A DNA stretch of 63,770 nucleotides, counting the filler, from Stramenopiles sp. TOSAG23-2 (Eukaryota), in the NCBI GenBank assembly GCA_900128395.1. It is 45 parts of 45 records of this genome, joined end to end, with 100 filler letters (N's around TTAATTAATTAA, not from the genome) between each part and the next. Parts side by side here need not be neighbours in the genome. Positions count along the whole stretch, not along the records: positions 37,018 to 38,335 come from LT653187.1; positions 38,436 to 39,752 come from LT653188.1; positions 39,853 to 41,169 come from LT653189.1; positions 41,270 to 42,584 come from LT653190.1; positions 42,685 to 43,999 come from LT653191.1; positions 44,100 to 45,414 come from LT653192.1; positions 45,515 to 46,829 come from LT653193.1; positions 46,930 to 48,243 come from LT653194.1; 37 more parts are not named here. The stretch is one strand, 5' to 3'. Shown piece after piece: positions 37,018-48,343 of this stretch. A program made the position numbers and the translations under genes. Within the stretch, counting starts at the first letter, position 1; every line of letters starts with the position of its first letter. The notes beneath the pieces are model-generated. The model did no database searches, was not told the DNA's origin, and saw nothing but the letters and a program-made list of their open reading frames with translations.

Positions 37018-38335
37018 ATCTTTTTCATCTTCTGTTATGTTACTAGATTCTTTTGATACTGATTCAGTTATTGTTTCATTACCTTCTTCGTCTATTTCAA
37101 TAGTAGATTCTTTTGTAACTGTTAAATCATTTGAAGCTTCATTAGTAACCACAACTGTTGTAGAACCTTTTATAGCTGATTCTTTTGATACAGCTTCTTC
37201 AAGTTGTATTTCTTGATCGATGGTAGCCTCATTTGTAGTTGGTTCTATTGATACAGGTTCTTCTTGTTGCATTTCTTGATCGATGGTAGCCTCATTTGTA
37301 GCTGATTCTATTGATACAGGTTCTTCTTCTTCCTCTTGTTTCTGTATGTCTTGATCATCATCATCTTTATTTACTTCGATGGTAGACTCATTCGTAGTTG
37401 ATTCTATTGATACAGGTTCTTCTTCCTCCACCTCTTGTTTTTCCTGTGCTTGTATGTCTTTATCATCATCATCTTTATTTACTTCGATGGTAGACTCATT
37501 TGTAGTTGATTCTATTGATACAGGTTCTTCTTTCTCCACCTCTTGTTTTTCTTTTTCTTCTTCTTGTTCTTGTTGTTTTTCCTGTGCTTGTATGTCTTGA
37601 TCATCATCATCTTTATTTACTTCGATGGTAGACTCATTTGTAGTTGATTCTATTGATACAAGTTCTTCTTTCTCCACCTCTTGTGTTTCTTTTTCTTCTT
37701 CCTCTTCTTCCTCTTGTGCTTGTATGTCTTTATCATCATCATCTTTATTTACTTCGATGGTAGACTCTTTTGTAGTTGATTCTATTGATACAGGTTCTTC
37801 TTCCTCCACCTCTCGTTGTTCTTCATCCACTTCTTGTTGTTCTTGTTGTTCTTTTTGTTGTTCTTGTTGTTCTTGTATGTCTTTATCATCATCATCATCT
37901 TTATTTACTTCGATGGTAGACTCATTTGTAGCTGATTCTATTGATACAAGTTCTTCTTTCTCCACCTCTTGTGTTTCTTTTTCTTCTTCCTCTTCTTCCT
38001 CTTGTGCTTGTATGTCTTTATCATCATCATCTTTATTTACTTCGATGGTAGACTCATTTGTAGCTGATTCTATTGATACAGGTTCTTCTTCCTCCACCTC
38101 TCGTTGTTCTTCATCCACTTCTTGTTGTTCTTGTTGTGCTTGTATGTCTTTATCATCATCATCATCTTTATTTACTTCGATGGTAGACTCATTCGTAGCT
38201 GATACTATTGATACAGGTTCTTCTTCCTCCACCTCTTGTTTTTCTTCCTCTACTTTTTCTTCTTCTTCTTGTTGTTCTTGTTGTATGTCTTTATCATCAT
38301 CATCTTTATTTACTTCGATGGTAGACTCATTTGTA
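37018..38335 (-). CDS. highly acidic tandem-repeat protein, internal fragment
   Basis: Repeated EEPVSIES(T/A)TNESTIEVNKDDDDKDIQ units with in-frame length variation. Confidence 0.8.
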
Positions 38336-38636
38336 NNNNNNNNNNNNNNNNNNNNNNNNNNNNNNNNNNNNNNNNNNNNTTAATTAATTAANNNNNNNNN
38401 NNNNNNNNNNNNNNNNNNNNNNNNNNNNNNNNNNNGTATAGGATACTCCTCCCAATTGGAACTTCCGTTTATCTTGTAATAGCATTAAATCCCGTTCAAA
38501 ACCATCGTATTCAATGGAAATCCGTTCAACGGTAGTATATATAATCGTATCCATGGATATATCAGATGTGCAAGCAAAGGATAAAACTGCGAAAGGATAA
38601 AAAGGACACTATATAAATGGATATCTTCTCTTTTAA

Positions 38637-39131
38637 ATGAATTATACCAATGAACATTTTAAAGAGAATGACTGCTGGACTACCCCCAAAAGTGTATGGC
38701 AATCGATTCAGCATCTCATTCCAACGGGTATAACATTATTTGATCCTTTTTACTACGATGGACAATCTGGAAAAGATCTAAAACAGGTGTTTCCAAATAA
38801 CAAAATCATTCATGAGGAAGGAATCGATTTCTTCGATCATTCTGTGGCTTACGATATGATTTTAACCAATCCTCCATTCTCGAAAGCCAAATCCATCTTA
38901 CGGAGGCTCAGACAGGTAGGAAAGCCATTTATGGTATTGCTTCCTACCCCTAGAATTAATACGCAGTACTTCATTGAGTTATTTAGAGACGATGATAATC
39001 TTCAGCTGGTCATCCCATCGAAGAGAATTCATTTTGTGTCGAATGAATTAAATAGAAAGAGCAATGCCAATTTTGATTGCGTATGGATAGCCTATAAATG
39101 TAAATTACCAAGAGATATTCTATTTTTGTGA
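38637..39131 (+). CDS. small DNA N6-adenine methyltransferase
   Basis: DCWTTP, LFDPFYYDGQSG (SAM binding), DFF, ILTNPPF (catalytic), PFMVLLP, RIHF. Confidence 0.88.
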   Translation: MNYTNEHFKENDCWTTPKSVWQSIQHLIPTGITLFDPFYYDGQSGKDLKQVFPNNKIIHEEGIDFFDHSVAYDMILTNPPFSKAKSILRRLRQVGKPFMVLLPTPRINTQYFIELFRDDDNLQLVIPSKRIHFVSNELNRKSNANFDCVWIAYKCKLPRDILFL

Positions 39132-39138
39132 TGTATTT

Positions 39139-39280
39139 GGATCGATAATGATTGATATGTCCAGTGCTGTGTGCCTGCTAATCAGAGATCGAATAAAAGC
39201 CATTGGATGTTTTCACATTTGATCGCTAATAATCGATATTTCCTATGCTGTGTGCCTGTTAATCAGAGATCGAACAAACA
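39139..39280. repeat. 81-bp-period intergenic direct repeat containing the dispersed 18-bp motif on the minus strand
   Basis: TGCTGTGTGCCTGYTAATCAGAGATCGAAYAAA at 39165 and 39246. Confidence 0.85.
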
Positions 39281-39386
39281 GGTATCAAGATATCGATCAT
39301 CTCGAAATTTTGTGATATCACAGTATATATACATGTTCAAGGATATTACAAAATATACACACATAACCCAATATAAAAAACAAAAA

Positions 39387-39752
39387 ATGAAACCAAATAT
39401 GTTTATGCGATACGGTTTTCGGTTTTTCTATAAAGAGAAAGATTTAGAAGCCAGTGCACACAACCCCAATGAGATTCAATTTAATATGGATGTACCCGGA
39501 AAAAGAGGCGCAAAATTTTTCGGTTATGGCACACCAGAAAAGATATATAATACTATTAAAGAATATTATGACAGAAAAATCCCGTTGTCTTTCTATGAAT
39601 TACGGGATAAACATAAACCATGTAATCTCTATGTCGATATCGATTCCTTAGCGGCATCGAAAGAATCCTATGATGAGAATACATTCCTAAAACAGGCCCG
39701 CGACGATTTCAATCGCTTCGGAATCACTGAACCATGGAACATACAACGTAGT
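39387..39752 (+). CDS. archaeo-eukaryotic primase (PrimPol/D5-like) N-terminus, 3' truncated
   Basis: GAKFF..FYEL..PCNLYVDID matches AEP motif I (YE..PC.LY.DxD). Confidence 0.8.
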
Positions 39753-39888
39753 NNNNNNNNNNNNNNNNNNNNNNNNNNNNNNNNNNNNNNNNNNNNTTAA
39801 TTAATTAANNNNNNNNNNNNNNNNNNNNNNNNNNNNNNNNNNNNNNNNNNNNGCACGAATTTTTTATTTTATAATATATAATAATTTT

Positions 39889-41028
39889 TTACTCAGCATC
39901 ATTTGCAACTTTTAATAAGATTTTTCCAATATTTGCATTTGTTTCCATATATTCATGTGACTCTTGTGCTGTTTCTAAATCAAAACTTTTTTTATCTACT
40001 ATAACTTGATAATGTTTGCTTTCAAATAATTTTAATGCATGATTAGCAAATTCTTTTGTTAATTTTTTTTTATATTCCAATGAACGTGAACGTAATGTTG
40101 TTGCTTCCATTTTTAAACGCTTACGAAGCATCAATCCAAGAAATGGACCATCAATCATCGCTCCACCCATTGCTCCATATAAAGTCCAACGACCATCAGT
40201 TGCTAATGCATTTATATTTTGTTTCCAATAGGAACCACCAACACAATCCAATATAGCATTAACACCATTATTTCCATTTTGTGTTAAAATTTCAACATCC
40301 CAATCCGTTTTTTTATAATTTGCACCACCAACTGCACCCAATTCAATACCTTTTGCTATTTTCTCATCCGTACCTGCAGTTACAAATACTTTACATCCAT
40401 GTTCTGTTGCTAATTGTGTAGCTGCTGTTCCTACTCCAGATCCACCAGCATGCACTACCACACTATCATTTGGTTGTACTCCATTCACGAAATGCAACAA
40501 TTGATATGCTGTTAACCAAGTCTCCGGGATACCAGCTGCTACTCGCAATGATACGCCCTCTGGTATTGGCATCAACATATCTTCATCAATTGCTACATAT
40601 TCCGCATAACCACCACCTCCCAATAATGACATAACTTTTGAATCTGTTGGAAATTTTTCTGTCCCATTTCCAACTACCGTGCCTGACATTTCCAATCCTA
40701 AAATATCTGTTTCACCTTTGGGTACAGGATAATTCCCAGCTCGTTGCAATGTATCGGCGCGATTAATTGCTGTATAATGTATTTTAACTAACAATTCCCC
40801 TTTTTTTGCAATAGGTACAGGTCTATTAATCGTGATCAATTTACCTGCTTCTGCAACAACCGCGCGCATAGTTTTCACTGCAGATGCCATATTATTATTA
40901 TTATTTTCTTCTTCCTCGTTACAAGTTTTTTCAATTGAAGAAGAAGCAGTTACTATTGTTGTATGAATGAAATTGGTAATAAAAATAATTCCTAGTACTA
41001 TGATTAAGTATGTTATAGATGATTTCAT
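39889..41028 (-). CDS. NADPH:quinone oxidoreductase, PIG3-like (MDR superfamily)
   Basis: INRADTLQRAGNYP, ILGLEMSG, GGGYAEY, IPETWLTAYQ, HAGGSGVG, NIGKILL. Confidence 0.93.
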   Translation of the reverse strand: MKSSITYLIIVLGIIFITNFIHTTIVTASSSIEKTCNEEEENNNNNMASAVKTMRAVVAEAGKLITINRPVPIAKKGELLVKIHYTAINRADTLQRAGNYPVPKGETDILGLEMSGTVVGNGTEKFPTDSKVMSLLGGGGYAEYVAIDEDMLMPIPEGVSLRVAAGIPETWLTAYQLLHFVNGVQPNDSVVVHAGGSGVGTAATQLATEHGCKVFVTAGTDEKIAKGIELGAVGGANYKKTDWDVEILTQNGNNGVNAILDCVGGSYWKQNINALATDGRWTLYGAMGGAMIDGPFLGLMLRKRLKMEATTLRSRSLEYKKKLTKEFANHALKLFESKHYQVIVDKKSFDLETAQESHEYMETNANIGKILLKVANDAE

Positions 41029-41269
41029 ATGTGTTTTGTATATATATATATATATATTGTCTTTATTAGTTTCAAAGTACTTATAATCACTATATACTTC
41101 TAATATTATTTTCAACAAAAAAAATATATACAATTTTATACCTGTTATGTAGGTGGACTGTGTACGAGCNNNNNNNNNNNNNNNNNNNNNNNNNNNNNNN
41201 NNNNNNNNNNNNNTTAATTAATTAANNNNNNNNNNNNNNNNNNNNNNNNNNNNNNNNNNNNNNNNNNNN

Positions 41270-42584
41270 GCAATGGATTATGCAAAAAGGGTAGGTTTAG
41301 GTGATGTCATATCTTTATTTAATAATTCACAAGATCGAGTTGAGCGAAAATTAGCCTTGGAAGCAAAGGAAAGGGCATTGGCAAAACCAACGCCATGTTC
41401 TTTGGGTTGTGGTTATGTTGGCCGAGCTGATAGAATAAAGTATCACGAGGAAAGACATTGTATAGAAAGATTGGTATATTGTGAAAAAAAATGTGGTGAA
41501 AAAATTAAATTTAAAAATGTCCAAGACCATGAAGAGAACCATTGTGAACTTAGAATTATGGTATGTACTAATGCCTATTTTGGTTGTATGGAAAAAATGG
41601 TTGCTAAAAAGGTTAAATATCATGCAGAAAAATTCTGTAAGAAGCGAACTGTTTATTGCCGATTAGAATGTGGTGAAAAATTACCTTGGGATGTTAGGCC
41701 ATTTCATGAAGAAAATGAATGTCTATTACGCGTAGTATCATGTGAATTAAGTTGCGGCAGGCATGATTTAAGAGTTAAAGACATGATGCATCACTTAAAA
41801 ACTGAATGTCCAAAACGCTTGGTCCCTTGTCGTTATCGTTGTGGTACCATCTGTCGATTTGAAGAGCTTGAAGATCATATGGCGCATACTTGTTTACAAG
41901 AATGTAGGTGGGGTTGTGGAGTTAAATTAGCACCTGAAGATAGACGTAAAATTCACGAAATGTGGATATGTCCCTTACGCATAGTGCAGTGTCATTTAGG
42001 ATGTAATACTATGGGAATACGTGCTCAAGACCTTGAAGAGCACGAAACACAAATTTGCCAAGAAAGGCTTGTTCCATGTTCGTATGGATGTGGTAAAATG
42101 TTAAAAGCAAAACTATTGCACGAGCATTTACATGGTCTTGGAGGAGACAAAGCTGAACATGCTGAGTGTCCGCAAAGACCTCTACATTGTCAACTAGATT
42201 ATATTGATAAACGTTTACGAATATATAAAACAAGCCCACATTGGAACTTGGCATCTGTTGATGATGCAGATAAATACTTTACAGAGCAAGATGCATATTC
42301 TTTTGTTGCTAGGATAACCCATTTTAGGGAAGAAGATGAAAATCATCGTTTCATCAATATGCATAGCGAACGTTTCTGGGCAAAATTAAGCGACTTGAGA
42401 TTCGATATCATTGATGATGGACCATGGAGATGTGGTCAGATGCTTGATGCGGAGCGAAAAGAACATCGTGAATCGGCATGTCCTCGTCGGATGTTAAAAT
42501 GTAGAAACGGCTGCGGTCAATTATTAGAAGCAAAATTCTTGCTGGCCCATGAAAATGAACAGTGCAAAATGAATAAAGTTGTAT
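41270..42584 (+). CDS. TRAF-type zinc-finger array protein, internal fragment
   Basis: More than ten C-x3-CG..H-x3-C-x2-R repeats. Confidence 0.85.
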
Positions 42585-42684
42585 NNNNNNNNNNNNNNNN
42601 NNNNNNNNNNNNNNNNNNNNNNNNNNNNTTAATTAATTAANNNNNNNNNNNNNNNNNNNNNNNNNNNNNNNNNNNNNNNNNNNN

Positions 42685-43999
42685 ATTTTTATTACTATTT
42701 GTTTGAGGAGATGGGATAATTTGATTGTTATGAGGATATATTTCTCCATTCTCAACCAACGTCATTAACATCAATGATTTATCATTCAACGTTATTTGAT
42801 GTTTTAAAATGGCATCTAATAAAACCTCAACTTTGTAAATATATCCAACGCCGAGTGCTTTTAATCGATCGGTAATGCTATTATGAATGACCTTTTTCTT
42901 AATACTATTATTAGTTTTATTGCTTTGTTGACTAGATGACATTTCACCTACTTGACTTGATGCATTGTCATTCTCTAAATCTTCTTTAGTAGCTATCACC
43001 AACAATCGCTTATTATTGACTCTGCTTGAATATGCAACTGGGGATAATGGGGATAAATCAGCCAATGAATTACGAGAGGGCACAGGTACAAAACCATTTC
43101 TTGTCAATGAATTAGGTTTTGGCAATGAATTGAGTAAAACACCACCTGCATTTGCAATGACTCGACGTAAATCTGTACGACCTGGCTTCACACTGGGTGA
43201 AATCCAAACTACGGGGTGTTGAAGCAGCGCGCCTACATTTCTTCTTCGACTAATCGCAGTTGCAATTGAAATTCCATACTTATTTTCAAAATTTTGATCT
43301 TCAGGCTCATATCCGGTTTCATCAACTGCATGTCCTGCAGTCACATTCGCATACAACCATTCCTCACTGACTATGTGTGCCGGTCGGTCACTATGTCGTA
43401 CATCACGATCTAGAACTGGCTTTGCAAGATTTTCTAATAACTCCGGTGTTCGTTCAATATTATGATTTTGAAGAATAATATGAGTAACATTCGAGTTCAT
43501 AGTTTGTGATATTGTGCCATTGAATTTTCGTACGAGGCGGTTGAAATCTACGTCATCATTTTTAATTTTGCCCATTAAATATATTCGTGGGTGTGTGATT
43601 CGGCTGCGTTTATTTTTTTTACGAGATTTGCTAGAACTGGTGCTATTGCTACTACTGACACGATTACGTGATAAGGATAATCGACTACTACTACTACTAC
43701 CACTCTCATTTCTTGGTGATCGTAATACTAAAGGGCGTCGAGGATGTCGATTAACACCGCTGCTTTTGCTGCTGCTACTACTACTACTAACACTGCTACT
43801 GCTGCTACTTCTACTAATAGATTGCTTCTTGCTACTTAAAATCGGATCTTCTGCAATTAAGTTGTTAATTAAAATACTGTTGTGGCGATCGCTAGTGCTG
43901 TTGCTACTACTACTACTAATACTACTATTACTATTACTACTTGCACTGCCGTCATTCTTTTTTTTCTTTTTGCTACTTCGACCAGATTTTTTCTTTTTT
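42685..43999 (-). CDS. tandem BRCT-domain protein (MDC1/PTIP-like) with Ser-rich region
   Basis: VTHII..RT..IVSEEWL; second BRCT VKP..LRRVIANAGG..VEVLLDAIL. Confidence 0.78.
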
Positions 44000-44599
44000 N
44001 NNNNNNNNNNNNNNNNNNNNNNNNNNNNNNNNNNNNNNNNNNNTTAATTAATTAANNNNNNNNNNNNNNNNNNNNNNNNNNNNNNNNNNNNNNNNNNNNG
44101 TAATATCGAGTATAGAATTTAAGCAAAATCCAAATAAATCGAAATTTAAAAGAAATGATTTTTTAATATTAGGAGCACCAGCAGCATTTTGTTTTTTATT
44201 ATGGATTCGACAAAACGATCAAAAGTATATGCAACCAGTCCGTGATGAAAGGAAAAAAAATATGGAAAACAATAGTAATAATAGTGTATAAAGAGCAACA
44301 AAGACCGTCTTTTGAATGGATGAATGATACAGAACAATATGCATCATATATTATATGTATAGTATTTAAGTGTATGATAATAGATTCTTGTACATTACAA
44401 ATAATATTATCATATATATTTTTAAACATTGGGATATTATTAATATAAAAGAATTTTAACGTGTTGGAAATGAAATGTAAAATAATATTGTAAACACATA
44501 TATGAAGATTATTGGATATCACACATACTTTGTACGTGTGTGTGTGTGTATATATATATACAAATATATTACGTTCGTATTATTACAGGCTAATCTCTG

Positions 44600-45340
44600 T
44601 TAACTTTCCGCCAAATTTTGTAAAAAATCTTCACTATAATCACCAACATTAGCCATTGCTGCATAATTACCACGTGGATTTTCTGGAACATCAATTCGTA
44701 TTTCATTACCTTCTTCATCATAATCGATGTTATCATCTTCGTTTTTACTACCACCAACTTCATCCGGGAAATCTTTTTTATATTTAATATAAACTGGGTC
44801 ATACGTGTTCTTTAAAATGGTGTAAGCAATGTTTACAATAATGAACTTCAATATCACTATGTGGCTCAAATCCTGGACACCAACCTTTTTTTTTATTTTT
44901 TCTATCATTCCAGCTTTGTAAATTACAAAGTTTACAAATTGGATGAATCTTATATCTCATACGTCTCACCTCTTCCACTGTTTCTGGGACATCATCTTCT
45001 TCGTCAATTGGTTCTCCGTTTTCATTTACTTTTTTACCAAATTTTGCTTCTAATTTTTTCAAACGTCTTCTATTACGAATACGTTTACGTGTCCACTTTT
45101 GCAAGGCATCAGCGATGTGACCATGCCCTTCAATGCGAGCAAAATCAATCGCACGCTCCGTATGCACATCTTGCAACTCAATATTACTTCCATTTTCATA
45201 TAATAATCTCACTGTTTCCATGAAACCATTTCTTGCTGCCCACATGATAGGAGTTTGACGTAATGTATCTGTTTCTTCGATGAAATCAACATATCCCCCG
45301 TGCTCAATGGCATATCCAACAACAGTGAAATGACTGGTCC
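44600..45340 (-). CDS. ankyrin-repeat protein with Cys/His cluster, 3' part (probable frameshift near 44800)
   Basis: TPIMWAARNGFMETVRLL, AIDFARIEGH; CKLC..WCPGF..CKHCLH. Confidence 0.7.
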
Positions 45341-45609
45341 ATCTATCTATCTATATATACAATCTCCGTATTAAATATATATTAAACATATATATATATA
45401 TATATATTTATTATNNNNNNNNNNNNNNNNNNNNNNNNNNNNNNNNNNNNNNNNNNNNTTAATTAATTAANNNNNNNNNNNNNNNNNNNNNNNNNNNNNN
45501 NNNNNNNNNNNNNNAAAAAGAAAACAAACAAAACACAATAATTTCAGAGAGAAAAAAAAAACAATTGAAAATAAATAAAAATATTTCTTCATATATATAT
45601 TGCAATTTA

Positions 45610-46749
45610 ATGTCAATGGCTGCCATGGGAAGATTAAGTAAACTTTTTTTGATGCTTTTTAATTTAATAATAGTAAGTGTAAAAGGAGAAACGTGTAGTG
45701 CTGGGGAAGGATTAGGTCCTGTTGCTATCCGTACAAGTGGTGAATGTAATACATATATAACGGATGAAGAAGAATGTAAAACACTTGCAACGGCTGCTGG
45801 AAAAATGTATGTAAGGTCAGTTTACTCGTGGGACAAGCCAAAAGGATGTCTGATGTCTAGGGGGGGGAATTATTATTTTAACACATACAACAGACCCAAT
45901 ATTCCCTGTGGCTATCCGAATTACAAATGTGTATGCGCCGAGACATGCACTGTTTGTTCCAAAGGCCATTATTCACCAGGTGGATACAATGTTCTGTGCA
46001 AAAAATGTGAAACTGGAAAATACAACAATCAAACAGGACAAAGTAAATGTAAAATGTGTACAGCAGGAAAAGCAACGTTATATGAAGGAATGAGTTCTTG
46101 TAAAGATGTAAATGTAAAGTGCAGTGCTGGAGAAGAATTGTTTTTAGGGCAGAAATACGACATGGACCCCGATGAGTGGACTCGTAGTGGACTCCCAATC
46201 CTTTCAAGTGATACATGCAAGAAATACATAACAGATGAACAAGAATGCAAAAATATAGCTTATGCTGATAGTACTAGGAAAGGGTATGGGACATATGCCG
46301 GTTCTTATTATCGGCCGCCTGGTTGTTATATTTGGAATAACAAGTATTATCATAACACGTATTATCATAACACACTCAGTACAAATTATTATGATTGTTC
46401 GGTCAAATATAATTGTGTATGTGCTGGCATCACCGAAACATGTACTGCCTGCCAACAAGGCCGTTACTCACTGGGTGGAAAAGGTATCCCATGCGAAACA
46501 TGCCCAACCGACAAACCATATACTAATCGTGATGAAATGCCAGGTGCAACGTCTATTGCTTCGTGTACTTCTAAATTGGTATGTCCTGCAAATTACTACA
46601 AAGTTGACGGCAAAAATCTAAAGCAATGTACAAAATGTCCATTCGATAAGCCGTATACAACTTTTCGTAATGGAAAATACAATAATGCGACGTCGCTTGA
46701 TATGTGCATTGGGGCAATCCCATGCAAACCTGGAGATGGTTTACAATAA
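45610..46749 (+). CDS. secreted Cys-rich repeat protein (GCC2/GCC3-like plus ITDExEC..PxGC modules)
   Basis: Signal peptide; two YITDExEC..PxGC..CVC modules and CxxCxxG repeats. Confidence 0.8.
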   Translation: MSMAAMGRLSKLFLMLFNLIIVSVKGETCSAGEGLGPVAIRTSGECNTYITDEEECKTLATAAGKMYVRSVYSWDKPKGCLMSRGGNYYFNTYNRPNIPCGYPNYKCVCAETCTVCSKGHYSPGGYNVLCKKCETGKYNNQTGQSKCKMCTAGKATLYEGMSSCKDVNVKCSAGEELFLGQKYDMDPDEWTRSGLPILSSDTCKKYITDEQECKNIAYADSTRKGYGTYAGSYYRPPGCYIWNNKYYHNTYYHNTLSTNYYDCSVKYNCVCAGITETCTACQQGRYSLGGKGIPCETCPTDKPYTNRDEMPGATSIASCTSKLVCPANYYKVDGKNLKQCTKCPFDKPYTTFRNGKYNNATSLDMCIGAIPCKPGDGLQ

Positions 46750-47467
46750 TAACAATGATGGGAATTTACAAAATAATAATAATAATAATATTGTACCATA
46801 TGAAATTGTGTTGTCATTATCATACTCAANNNNNNNNNNNNNNNNNNNNNNNNNNNNNNNNNNNNNNNNNNNNTTAATTAATTAANNNNNNNNNNNNNNN
46901 NNNNNNNNNNNNNNNNNNNNNNNNNNNNNATATTATTACATTTTTTTCAAAATCATCTGGGCTGGAATAGCACAGGGATTTAAGAGGATGTGTTGTTGGT
47001 CTTCCAGGGGGAATAGTATCGACATAGCATTAGCTAACTCGAATAGAGGGAACGTAAGGAAAACCAGAAAACCTCTTGGAAAAAAACAGCAAAAAGACGA
47101 CAACATCTTTTTATTGACGACTACATTTGAAAAAAGACAATTTGATATTCTTTCTTTCTTCTTCTTCTTATATCATATACACGAACGGTTCGTATTTTTG
47201 AAACAACAATTTTAATCTCAAATCTCAGTAAGATTAGGGGGCATGGACAGTAGTTCGTGTGTGGTGCAGTAATACAACCCGTGTGCACATGTCACCGTCA
47301 AGAAATTAAAAAAATTAGGAAGGACGTAGTTTAGGTAGAAAAAAATAAAAAACATCTAGAGAGTTAAAACTGTTTTTATATAATAAAAAAAAAGAATTAT
47401 TCTCGTATTTACGCAATATGTTCTCTCCCGTAACTTTTTCAAAAAAACAAAAAGATCTTTTCACTTT

Positions 47468-48243
47468 TCACCGCTTTTTTTTCTTTCCAGTATTTCTATT
47501 GTTATTGTTATTATTATTACGCATAAGAGAAGGGAAATCTTTATTATTTCTACGTAAAGAAAATTTATTACTATTATTTGGATCTGCTTGCCGTGCATGT
47601 AAAATAAATTCATATTCGTTATGAAAAATTAAAAGCAACGTTCGAAAACGATCTTGTAAGAAATATTTTGATAATTTCATTTCCTTTGTCACTGCTGCAT
47701 CACTATTATTATTATTATTATTATTATTATTTTTGCTACTACTAGCATAATTAAAACATTCCAATGCTTCTTTACGTAATTGTTGTTCATTATCATCTAA
47801 TTTTTCATTTTTGTCAAACCAATGTTCATTTATATTGCGTATTGCACGAATTAGATCCTTTAGATTTTTACCATCGTAATAATTATCTTTTCTTGAATCT
47901 AAATATTTTCTTACAGCAGGATGCAAGCTTCCTTTCCAGCCATCCTTATTATTACCAACAATTAGCGGTACATTTTTTAATGAATGTTGGCTGATACGTT
48001 TTCGAAAGATATTATCATTAGAGGACCAACTAGAATTCCAATCGCGAATGTTGTTTATTTGCATTGTATGATTCCAAAAAAATGGATGTTCCAATACCTC
48101 TTTAATTGTTAAACGCTTTTCTGGTTCACGTAATGTCATTCTACCTACAAGATCTAGCGCAATTGGTTGGTCGTTTAAAATATCTAAATGTATTGGATCA
48201 CCATTTTTAATATTATTTTGTTGTTCATAGCTACGTTGAGAGT
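47468..48243 (-). CDS. kinase C-lobe + KEN ribonuclease domain (IRE1/RNase L family), 3' part
   Basis: DLVGRM..PEKRLTIKEVLEHPFFW, WK..L, Y..KDLIRAIRNINEHW, YF..RF..LLL. Confidence 0.85.
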
Positions 48244-48343
48244 NNNNNNNNNNNNNNNNNNNNNNNNNNNNNNNNNNNNNNNNNNNNTTAATTAATTAAN
48301 NNNNNNNNNNNNNNNNNNNNNNNNNNNNNNNNNNNNNNNNNNN

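Larger units (their letters stand above)
38436..39752. mobile_element. virus-like contig (PLV/virophage/NCLDV type): adenine MTase + AEP primase
   Basis: Compact intronless genes of families common in eukaryotic dsDNA viruses; divergent partial ORF at 38436-38554 (-). Confidence 0.65.

Noticed and set aside
15964-44047. Long antisense ORFs (15964-16410, 17528-18079, 37625-38383, 43514-44047)
   Set aside because: Shadows of low-complexity coding sequence on the opposite strand
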